DNA of 64,000 bases, from assembly GCA_964016885.1 (NCBI GenBank), contig OZ024741.1, positions 202,120,001 to 202,184,000 on the forward strand. Direction: 5' to 3'. The position numbers were made by a program, and so were the translations under genes. Positions within the stretch are counted from its first letter, which is position 1. Each line of letters starts with the position of its first letter. This document shows, one piece after another, positions 11,809 to 25,900 of this stretch. This DNA comes from Eledone cirrhosa (taxonomy: Eukaryota). The notes beneath the pieces are model-generated. The model saw only the letters and a program-made list of their open reading frames with translations. It was not told the origin of the DNA and searched no databases.

Positions 11809-12531
11809 TCAGCACATGGCAGGGTTACCCAGTGGCAGGGCCTGAATTTGTTGCGTCAGGGCCTGTATTTGTGTTGCTTGCTGTGACAGTAAAGAGCGGA
11901 AATCAGGCACCTTTGTGGCACTGGAGGACTGAAGGAAAGGATTAGTGGAAGGAACAACTGGTGTCATATTCGCTAAGGTTGAGTGCGAATGTGGTACTTC
12001 CGTGATCTTATCCGCCAGCTCAGTAAGTTCCTTGGCGGAGTTGGATTCTCTGGTAGACGCTAGAACAACTTGTGTGGTTGAAGGCAAACACTGGAGGAAG
12101 AGTTGTTTAAAAATTTCATCTGGAAGGGTATGTTCTCCCAGAAGCTGCTTCATTCGCCGAATGAGTTGCGTCGGCTTTTTATCTCCTAATTCTTCCGCTA
12201 TAAGGAGCTGGTGTAGGCGCTTTTGCTGCGACTCCAACGTCCTCTTAATTAAATTTGCTTTGAGTGTGTCATATGACACAGAGCCGGGTGGTGCTAAAAT
12301 CAGGTCTCGGACAACGTTCATGATCTCCGGATCAATGACGTGAGTTAGACGAGCTGCCTTACTAACAATCAGGTTCGATGCGAACTGAGCTTCTATATGC
12401 GCGAACCATAGGACTGGATCGTGTACCCAGAATGGTGGTATTCTTAACGTAATCGCTGCTTGAACTGCCATATCTGTAGTGGATGAGTCGTCGTCCGTTA
12501 GAGACATCGATGGTGTCGTGATGTTTTGCAA
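11809..12531 (-). CDS. gypsy Gag-like protein
   Basis: PPFW..DP.LWF...EAQF and LGDKKPTQL motifs; lies between the PBS and the protease. Confidence 0.8.
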   Translation of the reverse strand: MQNITTPSMSLTDDDSSTTDMAVQAAITLRIPPFWVHDPVLWFAHIEAQFASNLIVSKAARLTHVIDPEIMNVVRDLILAPPGSVSYDTLKANLIKRTLESQQKRLHQLLIAEELGDKKPTQLIRRMKQLLGEHTLPDEIFKQLFLQCLPSTTQVVLASTRESNSAKELTELADKITEVPHSHSTLANMTPVVPSTNPFLQSSSATKVPDFRSLLSQQATQIQALTQQIQALPLGNPAMC

Positions 12532-12592
12532 TGAAGCGAAGAATGTGATTCGTAAGCGTCGATAGTTGAAGTGAAGGCTGTGTTACTTTAGC

Positions 12593-12604
12593 TCGGGGTC
12601 ACCA
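12593..12604 (-). promoter_or_regulatory. Primer-binding site (tRNA-Trp type)
   Basis: TGGTGACCCCGA, 3 nt after the LTR end; matches the first 12 nt of the tRNA-Trp PBS known from avian leukosis/sarcoma viruses. Confidence 0.75.
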
Positions 12605-12607
12605 TTA

Positions 12608-13390
12608 TGTAGCGAATAGGGTCACGTCCATGTAACTGTTAAGATGTATTCTTTGCAGGATGAATGATACAAAGAATGATGTAGAATTGTGATGTGGTTG
12701 ACAACGTTTATTTTGTAATAATAAAATTCACTTGTTAGTACATCGAATATTGAGTTATAAAATCGTGACACAATTATCACTACATTAATTGTCTTACTAG
12801 CTACTTCAAGCAAGCGTGAATGCATGTATCAAATTAAACGATACAGTAGAAGTTGTGTGTTGTACTTTACGGTAGTAGAGAAAGACAAGAAGTCAAAAGG
12901 ATAGACAAAGTGTAGAAGGGAACAATAGAAGGAAACCTACAGTGTGTGTGTGTTAATCCTTAACATACGTGGTTTCTGTAGTAGTGGTCAGTCCAGCTCT
13001 CTAATTCACTGTCTGTCGAGCTGGTATGAATTGTGAGAGAATAGTAGCTAGAAGACTGATTTCGTGAAGAGAATTCATAGTGTTAATAGAACGGTTCTTC
13101 TGTCGTCTGTGTTAGCCACTATCTCTAGTTAGGTTCTCGAAGCGCTTGTATTTATAAGAATACTATAGCTAGAAGGATGTGTATATGGTTCTTGAGACAA
13201 TTGTGGCCATCTGCCTATCATCTGTCAAGTGTCTGGGGCCACAGGCCAAGTGGCATATAACATTTATCATAGTTGCCTTTTTCGACAGGACAATGGTAAG
13301 AACACCTAACAATAGGTTGTTTTAGAGGCAAAAAATTTTAGATTCGATTTCGAATCTCCGCCAGGCAAAACATAGATGAATTCAGTTACA
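12608..13390 (-). repeat. 5' LTR of the inner gypsy element
   Basis: Minus strand TGTAACTGAA...CGCTACA; TATA-like TATAAATA at ~13149-13156. Confidence 0.7.
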
Positions 13391-16300
13391 CATCTTTTGG
13401 ATGTGGAGGATTACACAGCAGATATGATTGTCCTTTCAAAAACTTAAAGTGCTTCGAGTGTGTGAGAATAGGACATAAAAAATTACACTGCAAAACAAAA
13501 CCAAGAAAAAGGTTCAAGAGGGATAATTATGGAAACACATTATCGGCGGGAAAAAAATTAAGTAGACTCAAAGGAAATTTGTGTATGCAAAAATTAACTA
13601 CGTGAATGGGAAATTGCAGTTAGGTACAGCTAGTGAGATTACTATAATCAATGAAGATATCATCATATCTGGTGGCCGTATCAGTATCTGCCACCTGCGA
13701 CCTGTTCTCTAGCAGAACAGCTCTGCTGAGTAAGCTTGGAGATCAAGGTAGAGGAAAGCAACCTCAAAGATTGCACGTGGCGTTTCGGGAAAGAAATTAT
13801 TTTTTAATGGCGAAATAGTAACGTTAAATTTCGTGGCATGATCGTAAAATCTAAAGCTTATGTATTAAGAAATACAACAAATCTTTTTGGTTCTGACTGC
13901 ATGGAGCTGTTCGACTTATGGGAATTACCCATAAATATGTTTAGTAAGAATGTAATTGGTTCATCTGCCAGTTCAAATAAAGAGTCAGAAAATTAAAAAG
14001 AAGAATCGAAAAGGTGGTTTCCCTAATGTTTTTTCGGATGCGTTAGGTTGTTGTACTAAAACTAAAGCTAAATTTCAAGTGAAAGGAAATGTGATACCTA
14101 TATTTAAACTCAAACATAATGCACTGTTTGCAGCATTAGATCAAGTCAACAAAGAATTAGATAGACTGAAAAAAATACACAACAGTGTAAGTAAAAAAAA
14201 AAAATAAAAAAAATTCGTGTGCGCGCAGACTTTTCAACAGGACTTAATGAATGCCAAGTCCAGAGGAAATGTTTTCCACTAAACAGTGGAACATTTTTCT
14301 CAAAATTAGATCTTTCTGAAGCTTACTTACAAATACAGGTTGAAGACGAATGTACAAAGTTATTGACAATAAATACGCATAAAGGTTTGTACAAATTTAA
14401 CCGACTACCCTTTGATATAAAAGTAGCTTCGGCTATATTCCAACAAGTTATGGATACGATGTTGGCAGATTGTGATTTTGCGATTGTCTACTTGGACGAT
14501 ATATTAATTAAAAGTAAATCTCATGATCAGCATGTAAAGTGTATTTTTAAGAGAGTATGGGTTCAAACTCAGCGATGAGAAGTGCAAATTTTTCTTGTCT
14601 AGAATAAAGTACCTAGGACAAATCATCGATAAAAATGGTCGTCAACCAGATCGTCGAAGGCAAGTGCAATTAAAAATATGCTTTGCTGAAAAATGTTACT
14701 ATGTTACAAGCATTTTGGGGGTTTGCGAACTATTATCAGATATATACCGAATATGCAAAATGTAAGAGCTCCACTAAATAATCTGCTTAAAAGAGACCTA
14801 AAGTGGAATTGGACTGATAAGTGCCAGAAGAGGTTTGAAGAAATTAAAAACATATTAACATTGGACTTATCATTAGCACATTATGACCCCTAAATAGAAA
14901 TTGTATTGGCTTCAGATGCTAGTGAGAACGGTAATGGAGCCGTGATTCAGCACAAATACAGTCACGGTAGCACGAAAGCCGTAGCTCACGCCTCAAGTTC
15001 TCTACTACCAGCAGAAATGAATTACAGCCAAATCGAAAAAAAAAAAGCGTTAACAATAATTTTTACCTTGAAAAATATTCATAAGTTCATTCACGGAAGG
15101 AGTTTTCGTTTACAGACTGATTACTGTCCTTTGTTGTCAATTTACGGATCAAAGAAAGGAATTCTCACCCATAAAGCAAATAGATTACAACGCTGGAGGA
15201 ACCATTTTATTAAATTATGATTTTAAAATGGAGTATCTATCATCTAAAAGTTAGGACATGCTGATAGTCTATCAAGATTAATACCTAAAAATTGTGAACC
15301 ATTTGAAGACACAGTGATTGTGGCATTAAGAGCTGAAAAGAAGTTAAAAAGTATATTGTGTAACGTAGTACGGGAGTTACCTGTTACCTTAGAAGAAATA
15401 AAATTAGAAGCGAAAGATGTTTTTATTACGAAAGTGAAGAGATTACTGAGAGCAGAAAAAATAAATAAAAATATGCGGTTTGCAAAACGCAACCCAGATT
15501 CGAACTCGTACTCGATTTGTGACAATGTATTGATGTATGCACACTACAAAAGAGATAAAAAAGTTGGTAAAATCTTGCAGAGGCTGTGATCTGGCAACTA
15601 AAGACAGATATTCCATGGTTCAGACTACATATAGATTTTGCAGGTCCACTAAATGGATCACATTATCTTGTAGTGGTAGTTAGCTTTACTAAGTGACCTG
15701 AAATCTGTAAGTGTAAAAAAACAACCTCCTCGTTTACAATAAGTTTTTTACACGAATTGTTTGCAAGATATGGTATTCCCGATACCATAGTTTCTGATCA
15801 TGGCACACAATTCACTGTGTATGAATTTAAAAGATTTTGGTAAAATGTTTTCTATTGAACATGTTACCACTCCGCCGTACCATCCAAGGTCAAATGGACA
15901 TGCGGAACAGTTTGTGGATACATTTAAGAGGGCCTTAAAGAAAGTAAACAATGAAATAGATAATTTAGCACTTCAACAATTATTACAGGTATACTGTGTA
16001 ACGCCTAATCCTAATACCCCTGCAGGCATGGCACCTGCGGAATTGATATTTGCAAGGAAAATTAAGTCAGTGTTTGACAAACTGTTATCAGGTCGAAAAA
16101 GAAAAATATTGGATAACAAAAATAATACAACAACATTTTTCAAAATTGGCGACAGTGTTTTTTAAAATGTATAAAAATGGTAAAGAATGTGGGAAGATGG
16201 CGTGATGAGTAAACAAATTGGAAAAATGTTGTATGTGGTAAAAGGTCAGAAATGGGAACATAAGAGACATATAAATTAGTTTTTAAAAAAAGGTTTGCTG

Positions 16301-16596
16301 AAGAAAGGGTCACAAGAAATGAAGAACCAATGGAAATGTTATATGATATTTTCGATGTACCAACTGCCAAAGAAATTGTTGAACCTACACGTACGAGTAC
16401 GAGGAAAAGGAAATCTATGGAATTATTAGAAGTGGATCCAATGAAATCTCAGCAGCACATTGTATGTTCTCACTAATCCAATTTTTATCGCATAAGCTAC
16501 TACTTCGGCTACGACTCCTAGACATTATCATAGACCTGGTTGTTGTTGCATATGATGAATGGATGACTACGCAAACACTTTTCTTTATTTCAGGCA

Positions 16597-19500
16597 TGGA
16601 AAACCAAAACCAACATCTCCTAACACTTCATCCTCCTCTTCCTCCCCCTCTTCTAGTGAACGAACTCTATAACTTCAGAGTTGGTACCATAAACGTAGGC
16701 ACATTGAAAGGTCGATCAAGTAAGATTGTAGAGATGCTTGAACAAAAGAAAGTAGATGTTTGCTGTGTACAAGAGACTAGATGGAGGAGAGGGTCAACTA
16801 GATTCATTGTGGGCAATAAACGATGATACACATTTTTCTGGGCAGGTAATGACAATGGGTTCAGTTGAGTGGGAATTGTGTTAGCAGAAAAATGGATAGA
16901 TAAGGTAATCACCATAAATAGAGTGAATGATAGAATCATTAGAATTAGACTAGTTCTAAATAGAACAACCATATCTGCTTATGCACCCCAATCTGGTCTT
17001 CCAGGCGTTATAAAAGACAGGTTCTATGAGTCCCTAATGCAAACTATTTCTCAAATAACCGACATTGACTAAATAATCATTGCTGGCGACTTTAATGCGT
17101 ATGATGGACAACACTCTGATGGTTACGACGGGATTCATGGAGGCTATTGATTTGGTACTAGAAACAAGGAAGGTTTCAGGATCCTGGAATTCTGCGATGC
17201 CAACGACCTAACTATCTGTAACACAAACTTCAAAAAACAAGACAATCACTTGATGACCTATAGATCAGGAGAGCACACCAGCCAGATAGATTTTATCCTT
17301 ACCAGAAGAGACGAGACAGAGTGACCATTGTAAACACTAAGTCCCTTCCTGGTGAAGAATGCACCTCCCAACATAACCTAATAGTTAGTGACCTTATAAT
17401 CAGGGATAGACAATCTCATCATCAGAGGACAACCTCGAGGAGAAGAATATGGAAGTTACTTGATGCATTTGACAGTAAGCAAGAGCAAATAGAGACATAC
17501 AATATAGAGGAGCAGAGGGAATTCCTGAAAGATAACCTACTGAAGGCGACAAATGAAATTTGTGGCTGGAGTAAGCTTCTAGGGAGAAGGAGAGTGACTT
17601 GGTGGTGGAACAGTAGGGTGGAGGAGGCAGTTAAGGCCAAAAGGCGGGCATGAAAAGAATGGCGGGATGGAGGAAGAAGAGAACACTACCAGGTAGCTAG
17701 GAGAGAAGCTAGATGACAAGTTTACTTTGCAAGAAGGAAAGCAGAAGATGAAATATTTAAGCATGTTCTGCAACGCGAAGACCAAAGGCGTGCAGTGTTC
17801 AGGATTGCGAGACAATGTGTCAAGGAAAATTATGATATTGTTGGGGAGAAGTGTCCTTGATAATAACAGATACTTGCCCTCACTGATGCTGAAAAGAAAG
17901 TAGCATGGAAGTGCCACTATAAAAGACTACTAAACAAGGAGAATTGATGGGATGAAAACAGTCTGTCACATGTTGACCTACAGAGGGATTGGCTGTGCAA
18001 GTTAGTAGTAGTATAGTAAGTAAGGCAATCAAATATATGAAGACAGGCCAGGTAGCTTGTCCTTCGAGGATAGTTGCTGAGATACCGAAAGCGTCTGAAA
18101 TGATGGGACATACCATAGTCACTCGTATAGTAAACCAAGTAATACAAAATGGTGTCATACCCAATGACTTGCATAGCAGCATCATCGTCAACTGCTACAA
18201 GGGCAAAGGAGATGTTCTAGACAGAGAAAACTTTAGAGGCAGTAAGTTGGTTGAGCAGGTCATAAAGGTCACAAAAAGAGTTACTGCACAGCTGATTAGA
18301 GACCAAATTAAACTTGATGAAATGCAGTTTGGATTTGTGCCAGGCAAAAGTACCACAGATGCTCTCTTGAAGTGAAGCAAAGTTAGTAAGTGTTGTTGAA
18401 GATGAAATAACAAGAGACTCTAAGTGGTTTCGTTTAAATATAAAATTTACCTCAGTTCAGTGAATAAAGGAACAAAGAATATTACTACTAATCATAAAAG
18501 TTGAAGATGTTTTGTTTTTTCGTTATGTTGAAATAGAGAGTGGCAAGCTATCGTTTGTTAGTAGTCAAAGCCCAGTGACAAGGGAAGGTGATATCTTATT
18601 TTGTGGTAGAAAATTCTCTGGAAGGATTCCAAGACAGCCTATTTATATTGACCACTAGTTTTTTTTTTTTATCAAAGACCGATGACCTCCCGCTATGTTC
18701 TCCTCCCTAGGAATGGCGCTGTCAAACCTAGCATCCGGAGAATTTATGTGTTGTCCTCTCAGCAGAGTCGAAGGTCACTTTTTATTAGCCATGTTAGTGA
18801 GAGGAACCACGGGAACATTTCTTTCACTATCCTCTTCCTTGTAAGGAAACTGCAAGAGAAGTACTTAGCTAAAAGTAAACCCTTCTACTTAGCTTTTGTT
18901 GACTTGGAGAAAACCTTTGACAGTTTCATTAGCTGGTGGACTCTTATAAAACTAAGAGTAGATAAGTGGCTTGTGAAAACTATACAAGCTATGTATAATG
19001 GAACAATCAACAAGGTCAGAATTAACAATGACTATAGTGAAGAATTTACCGTACAGGTAGGTGTGCATCTGGGCTCCGTCCTTAGCCCTCTCCTGTTTAT
19101 TATTACCCTACAGGCTATAACAGAAGAGTTTAAAACTGGCTGCCCCTGGGAACTTCTGTATGCATAGCTGAATCTATGGCAGAATTAGAGAAAAAATTCA
19201 AAACCTGAAGCATGGTCTAGAATCAAAAGGGCTTAAAGTTAACTTGTCTAAGTCCTAGTATGTAGAAAGGAAAGCAAGGCCCGGATTCTCTTTGGGAAAT
19301 GGCCTTGCTCAATATGCAGGAAAGGAGTAGGTGGAAATTCCATTCTATGTCCCAAATGCAAGCTATGGGTACATAAAAGATGTAGTGGGGTCACAGGCAG
19401 GCTATCAAGGAACGTAGGTTTTATATGTGGCTGATGCTCAGGTGCAGTAAGTGGTTACTAGCCCCTTCAAATGCCCTAATGGTTATATAGAAATAGTCAA

Positions 19501-19815
19501 CAATTTCTGTACTTGGGTGATGTAATCAGCAGTGGAGGAGGGTGTCCCGAAAGTAGAGTAGCCAGAGTAAGAATAGGATGGGAGAAGTTCAGGGAGCAAC
19601 TACTGCTGTTAGGTACAAAAGGTTTTTCCCTTAAATTGAAAGGAAGACTTTACAATGCATATATATCAACAGCAATGTTGCATGGTAGTGAGACCTGGGC
19701 ACTCTGCTTAGAGGACCTGAGAAGATTGGAAAGAAATGAAGCATGCATGCTCTGATGGATGTGTAATAATACTCGAACAGCAAAGCATGACTGAACTAAG
19801 AGAGAAATTAGGCAA
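16597..19815 (+). mobile_element. Degraded RTE LINE (APE endonuclease + RT)
   Basis: RVGTINVGTL, CVQETRW, SAYAPQ, MQFGF, FVDLEK, GCPWELLYA; colinear with 52109-55222. Confidence 0.9.
18368..18831 (-). mobile_element. Solo LTR-like insertion with 4-bp TSD CTCT
   Basis: Removing it restores RTE TTDALFLVRK; ends tgaagtgaa / ttcactatc; minus-strand TATAAATA at ~18640-18647. Confidence 0.65.
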
Positions 19816-20713
19816 TCGACCAATCGGGCAATGTGATCGGTGGAAACTCCACCTTGGCGTTCTATAGAGGATTAGTGGAGGGGAAGAGCGACGACGTACT
19901 TGGGGAAACTCTAGGCGTCGACGAAAATCAACTAGCCAATCTCTTCGGACGGACTTTCGGGCCGGGGCCTATGGACAACTTCCAGAAATCTCTGGCCTGG
20001 CAGTGCTACCGGGGAGCTTTGCCAGTTCGGGATAAACTCTACAGGCATGGAGGTGCCGTCAGCCGGGCATGTCCGAGATGCGCGCAGGGCGACGAAACCG
20101 TCCTGCACGCACTCGTCCAGTGTCCGAGCATTGCTGACTTGTGGGTTTATGTCGAACATCTGCTGTCGCATGTGGGACGGATCCAGCTATCAGCTGAGTC
20201 CATCGTGAGGATTTCCCCGCCCTCTTCCTTTAGCCGGGAAGGGCAGGCAGTTTTTATCTGTCTGGTGGCCATGGCGAAAGAGATAGTATGGTGGACACGT
20301 TGGAAAGGGCTGAAGACGAGCACTTACCTCTTCGGTGATGCCCTGATTAACTTTTTCAAATTTCATTTGAAAAGGAAAATCAGGGTAGAAAGGGAAGTGC
20401 TCTCTTCCCAGCATTTTGTTGAAAGATGGGTGAGAGAAGCAAGTATGGCCCGAGTGAATGGACCTACTCTGAGTATGTGTCTGTAAATTAAAGGTGGAAA
20501 ACTGGGAGAGGGCACTTGCCCTGGTGGTCAGGGTCACTGTGGTCTTTTAATGGGCTTTCTCCACAAATGTCCCTCGGGAAATTTTTCTTTGTTATTTTAT
20601 TACATCCTCTGTTTTTTTTTTACACGCAGAAATGCCCATTTGTACCGTCCTGTATTGTCCTGTACTGTCCTTAATGTCTACTTTATGTAAACCCTTGTGG
20701 TTAATAAAGAAAA

Positions 20714-20762
<49 letters not shown>
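19816..20762 (+). mobile_element. 5'-truncated Tx1/L1-like copy with (TTA)n tail
   Basis: Near-identical to 25717-26665; ORF 19833-20486 has the CPRC..ETVLH..CP zinc finger. Confidence 0.9.
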
Positions 20763-20977
20763 GGCGACCTACGTAGTAAATCGTATCATCGTGAGCTCCG
20801 CAAAGGTTTGTTATTTTCAGTTGTTTAAAATTGCCATTCATGGAAAATGTTTATTGTTAACTGTATATAAGTGCACATACATTGATTTCTGAAAAGGACA
20901 CTAAAAAATATTGGGGCCTTGAGCCCAAAATTTAAACTTTTTATAATTATCAAACAAAAACTTTTCTTTGAAAAATA

Positions 20978-22932
20978 ATGGATGACTCAGTGTCACTCCT
21001 TCCTCACAATCCAACACCTCACACCGACACCACCATTGTAAATATTGCTACGTTTGCCAACACTGGAATTGTAAGCAGTAGCAATATTTTAAATTTGTCT
21101 CAGGCAGACGTTCATTTCCCGCCATTACCAATGACTGCAGGTGTTAAAGCCTCCACCACCACCACCGCGACAACCACAACCCCCACCACCCCCACAGCGA
21201 CAACAGAAACAAAAGAAAGAAAGAAATTAACTCGTGATATCGAAATGAATTCAACCAAAATGAACTCTTCCACACCGAACACCACTGACGCTACCACCAC
21301 CACAACTGAAACAAAAATTAACAATAGCAAAAATAACGATAACAACAACAGCAACAATGAAATTAAGAAAACTACCCTGAGTTTTGCCAGAGTAGCAAAA
21401 ACGTGCGAAGCGATCTAGATAACTCAGGAGGAATTAGAAGAAGCCAAAGGAATGATAAAGAAAGATGGGTACAGGGTCAGCCTCACCCCACCCACCCCAC
21501 CTAATAAAATGGAACAATGTCGCCTATGCACCGTGTCTTATCGGACAATTAACATAAAATCGCGCCGAGTGGAACGGGCATCCGAGTCCCAAATCCAAAA
21601 AGATTTGGGACATGTGTGGGCAAAGAAAACCCACATCAGACGTGGGCAGAAGTATGGAACCGTGGACGTGTTCTTTGAAACACCACAGGAGGCCAGAGAA
21701 TACTCCATGGCCCCATTAAGAAGTGTCGACTTCACACTCATCCCAAGCTATTGTGGCCAGAGACTTGTGAAGATCAGGGTGACCCACGTTCCACCGGCCA
21801 TCGAAATTCCCTGGCTAATGGCTGCCGTCCTCGCCGGCATCGAGGCCAACACCAAAATAATAGAAATAGCAAAAGAAAAGCAGGAGAACTGGTCCGGATC
21901 TGGGATGGAGCTCCTGATCCAAGCGGACCATAAAAGCATTGAGGAGATCCCAGAGGTAATAGAGCTCACTGACGGCAGCCACCTCACCGTAATCGTCGAG
22001 GGCAGAAGACCTAGGTGTGTCGTTTGTGGTGAAGGAACCCACCTAAGGGCTTTCTGCCCTCAGGCTAAAAGGTTGAGGCCACCTCTCTTACCCACCCCAG
22101 TGACTCAACCATCAACACCATTAGCAGCAGAAATGGCAGCAACAACTGTAGCAGCAACAACAGAAGCAACTGTAACAGCAACAACCCCAGCAACAGTAGC
22201 AAAACCAACACCACCACCACCCAACGCCCCAGACTAGCACCAGCGCCTACACCATCCACCACGCCACAACCAAAACCAACGCCTGTGGGGGATTTTCCAC
22301 TCCCCGGCTTATCGCAACTGGAGACAGATTGTGACTACGAGGAGTGGGAAACGGTATCAGGAAAAAAGAAAAAAAGAAACCAAAAAAGAAAAAATTCTCT
22401 TCCTTCCCCCTCCAAAAACAAAATACAGAGGAAAACAAATAAATTATCAAACAAGAAAGTTAAGACAGATATGCCACCATCCACACCAGCATCACCAACC
22501 CCATCACCACAAACACCAACACCATCACCATCATTAACCCCAACATCACCATCACCAACACGACAAAAGTCACCAAAAAGCGTAACAGAAACAAACCCAC
22601 AACAAACGCAAACAAAACAAAACAACCAAAACGATACACACTACACAGCATTAAATTTGAACAACAACCAATTATTACACTACATGCAACACAACACCAG
22701 CATCACAGAAAAAGATTACACAACAACCCAAAAGTTCACACGACTTCCACACATACAAATCACTCGCATCACACAGAAAACGTACACAACACTAAAACAA
22801 AAATTCCCCAAAGACATCGGAGACTTCCGACAAACACTCTCCAGGAGGATTTATAAGGACATCCTTCCGGAGGAGGCCACAAGCAGTGAAAAGGATGGAC
22901 AAACCATCCTTCCTCTACGAGAAGTAAGGTAA
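20978..22932 (+). pseudogene. Tx1-like ORF1 (gag-like), disrupted
   Basis: LSFARVA motif, CVVCGEGTHLRAFCP knuckle, T/P-rich linkers; stop at 21416 and a frameshift near 22240. Confidence 0.75.
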
Positions 22933-22966
22933 GTGGTCTTTCCCATGTTTTCCACTCCATTTCAAC

Positions 22967-25900
22967 ATGACCTCACTCAGAATAGGCAGCATAAATGCGC
23001 GTGGCTTGGGGTCGTCATGGAAGCAGGGCCACCTGCTCAACGACCTCAGGTCACTAAACATAGATGTAGTGGCCATCAGCGAGACCAGAATCTCCGAAGC
23101 ACGGGCCTTCGCACCGATCTTCGGCGGCTACGATGTGTATGCATCTCCCAGCCGTCCTGGATCGACGGGAGGAGTTGCTGTGCTTTTTCGGAGAGGTTTG
23201 GATCTCGCCATACGGGCCATCTTCCTGGACCCAGAAGGTAAGTTGGTGGTGCTAGACGTGACCAGCGGAGACGGGCAAGCTTTCAGGCTAGTGGCCGTCT
23301 ATGCCCCGACAGGAGCAGGGCGGCTTGATTTTTTCCGGCGTCTGGAGACCTTTCTTAGAACTCATTAGTGTTAGTGGGCGACTGGAACGGGATCTTAGAT
23401 GCACGCTGGGACTGTGTGGGATTAACGGATAGGAGAGGAGGGTGCAAGAGCCTCACCAACCTGCTCAGGCGTTTTGAACTGTCTGACAGGTACCGATTGG
23501 ATTTCCCGAATGTGCCAATGTGGACTTGGACAAATCGCATAGGGTCATCCAGATCATATCTAGATAGAGTATTTTGTAGGGAAATAGATAGGTCTAGCAT
23601 AGGCTGTCCACAATTCAAGATAGTCAGCTACACGGACCACAAATGTCAAGATCTGTGTGCTTGACTTGGATAGGCTTCATAGACGAGGACCCGGCTGCTG
23701 GAAGCTAAATGCGTCTTTACCAGCGCGCAAGGCCTACAGAGACCGGATTAGCGAACTAGTTAAGCGGACGTTGACGGGGGTCATCGTCAACAACAAGTGG
23801 TGGTTTGCTCTGAAAAGAGCAATTAGAATAGAGTCCATTAGGTTTAGTAAGGCTTTAGCAATAGAGAAAAATAGAGCAGAGGGAGAATTAGTTAGAAAAT
23901 TAGACGAGGCGCTTAGCAAAGGCATCGCGACCGACGTACTTGCGGCGAAATTGGCCCTTGACCAATTCTTCAATGCAAAGCACGAAGGATGCATTGTCAG
24001 AGCTAGGGTGCGTGCTCTCAGACACGAGGGAACGAAAGCCGTTCAATGGGCCCGAGTGGCGGAGGCGCGTCGTGGCAACAAATCCACGATCCGGTCTTTG
24101 GTGGACCACGACGGGTGCATGCTATTCGATCCCGGGCAAATGTGTGAAGCTTTTCAGCGACACTTCGCTCAGTTGTTCGGGGGCAGAGGCGGGCCGGATC
24201 GAGGGTTGGACTTTAGTGTCTACCTCGACGGACTGCCGCGGCTCTCGGCCACTGAGGCGGAGTGTTGCGAAAAGCCGATAACAGCCGCTGAAGTACGGGA
24301 GGCAATGACTATCTGCACAAGGGGTAAATCGCCTGGTTTGGATGGTCTGCTCTATGAACTTTACGTACAGATGCCAGACTTGTTCGGAGGCCTCTTGGCG
24401 GACGTCTACTGCAACTGGCAACAGAACGGGAGAATTCCCAGCTCTGTGAGCCGAGGAGCTGTGGCGCTGCTGAGAAAGGATCCGAACAAGGGGGATAACA
24501 TAGATAATTTTAGGCCCATAACTCTGCTAAACACAGAGTTCAAGATTTTGGCCAAGGTGCTAGCAAAGAGGTTGGCGCTTGTCGTTGGTGGTCTGGTGGG
24601 AGAGGCGCAGACATGCGCCATTCCCGACAGATCCATCCACGACAACCTCCACCTCATGCGATACATCGTAGAGAGGGTAGCTAGGGAACCTGGCACGGGT
24701 GGGTCCTTGATCAATTTAGATCAGTCGAAAGCTTTCGATAGGGTCGACCATCGTTACCTAGCGGCAGTCCTGAGGGCGGCTGGCTTTTGGCCCGTCTTCA
24801 GAGGCTGGATCGCTGCCATGCACAGCGACATCTGCTCTGTGGTGAGAGTGAACGGTCACCTTTCTGAACCGTTCAACATCATGCGCTCGGTCCGCCAAGG
24901 ATGTCCCCTCTCGTCCCTCTTGTACGTATTGACTCTCGAGCCATTACTGAAAAAACTGGAGACGTTGGGGGGGGGGGGGTCCCGCGCGAACTAGGATGCG
25001 GAAGATCCGTGTCAGCATATGCGGACGATGTCACCGTAGTGGTGTCGAACGCCAAACACATCGAGGCGATCGGCACTACACTAAGAGAATACGAAGCGGT
25101 GACAGGAGCAATGATCAACCAGGAAAAGTCAGTGGGCCTGCAGCTCGGCACCTAGAGAGGCAGGTCCATGCCGTCCAACAGCGTCGTCGGGCGCTGGACG
25201 GACGGAGCAGTTAAATTGCTCGGGGTCTGGTTCGGTCCGGATCTCCAGACGGACAAATACTGGGACGAGGTGACGAGCAGGGTGGCTTCTCTCACCCAGA
25301 AATGGGCCGAGAGAGGAAGCTATCCCTGAAAGGTCGAGCGGAGGTGGCTAACGCGTATTTCGCGCCCGTCATCTACTACCGCCTGACCGTCGTACCTTGT
25401 CCTAAGCCCCGCCTGACTGCGCTGGAGCGTTTGCTCTTTCGCTTTTTGTGGAAGGGATGCGCTCCGATGGTCAGGCGGTCCATCTGTTGTCAACACCCGC
25501 TACGTGGAGGGCTGGGAATGCCGTGGCTGATGATGCGCAGACACGCGCTCAGGCTACGACATCTCCACCTCTTCCTCGACGATGATCAGGTGTGGACTCC
25601 GTTTGCTAAACGCGTCTTTCCCCAGCTCGTCTCCTTGACGGAGCTGCAGTCCTGGGTCAAGCGAAGACCGAGAGGGAGCGCTTGGAGACTGGAATGTCTT
25701 CAGGCGCTCACAGCCCTCGACCAATCGGGCAATGTGATCGGTGGAAACTCCACCTTGGCGTTCTATAGAGGATTAGTGGAGGGGAAGAGCGACGACGTAC
25801 TTGGGGAAACTCTAGGCGTCGACGAAAATCAACTAGCCAATCTCTTCGGAAGAACTTTCGGGCCGGGGCCTATGGACAACTTCTAGAAATCCCTGGCCTG

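Larger units (their letters stand above)
8092..13390 (-). mobile_element. Ty3/gypsy element (inner) with 4-bp TSD CATC
   Basis: TG..CA ends; CATC at 8088-8091 and 13391-13394; PBS, gag-PR-RT-RH-IN order, purine tract at ~8161-8168. Confidence 0.9.
7480..16440 (+). mobile_element. Degraded Ty3/gypsy element (outer), split by the inner element
   Basis: gag remnants 7480-8091 and 13391-13500 (CCHC knuckles); RT (FSKLDLSEAYLQ, YLDD) 14219-14578; RNase H (ASDAS) 14906-15220; integrase (HIDFAGP, PPYHPRSNG) 15600-16200; many stops and frameshifts. Confidence 0.85.
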
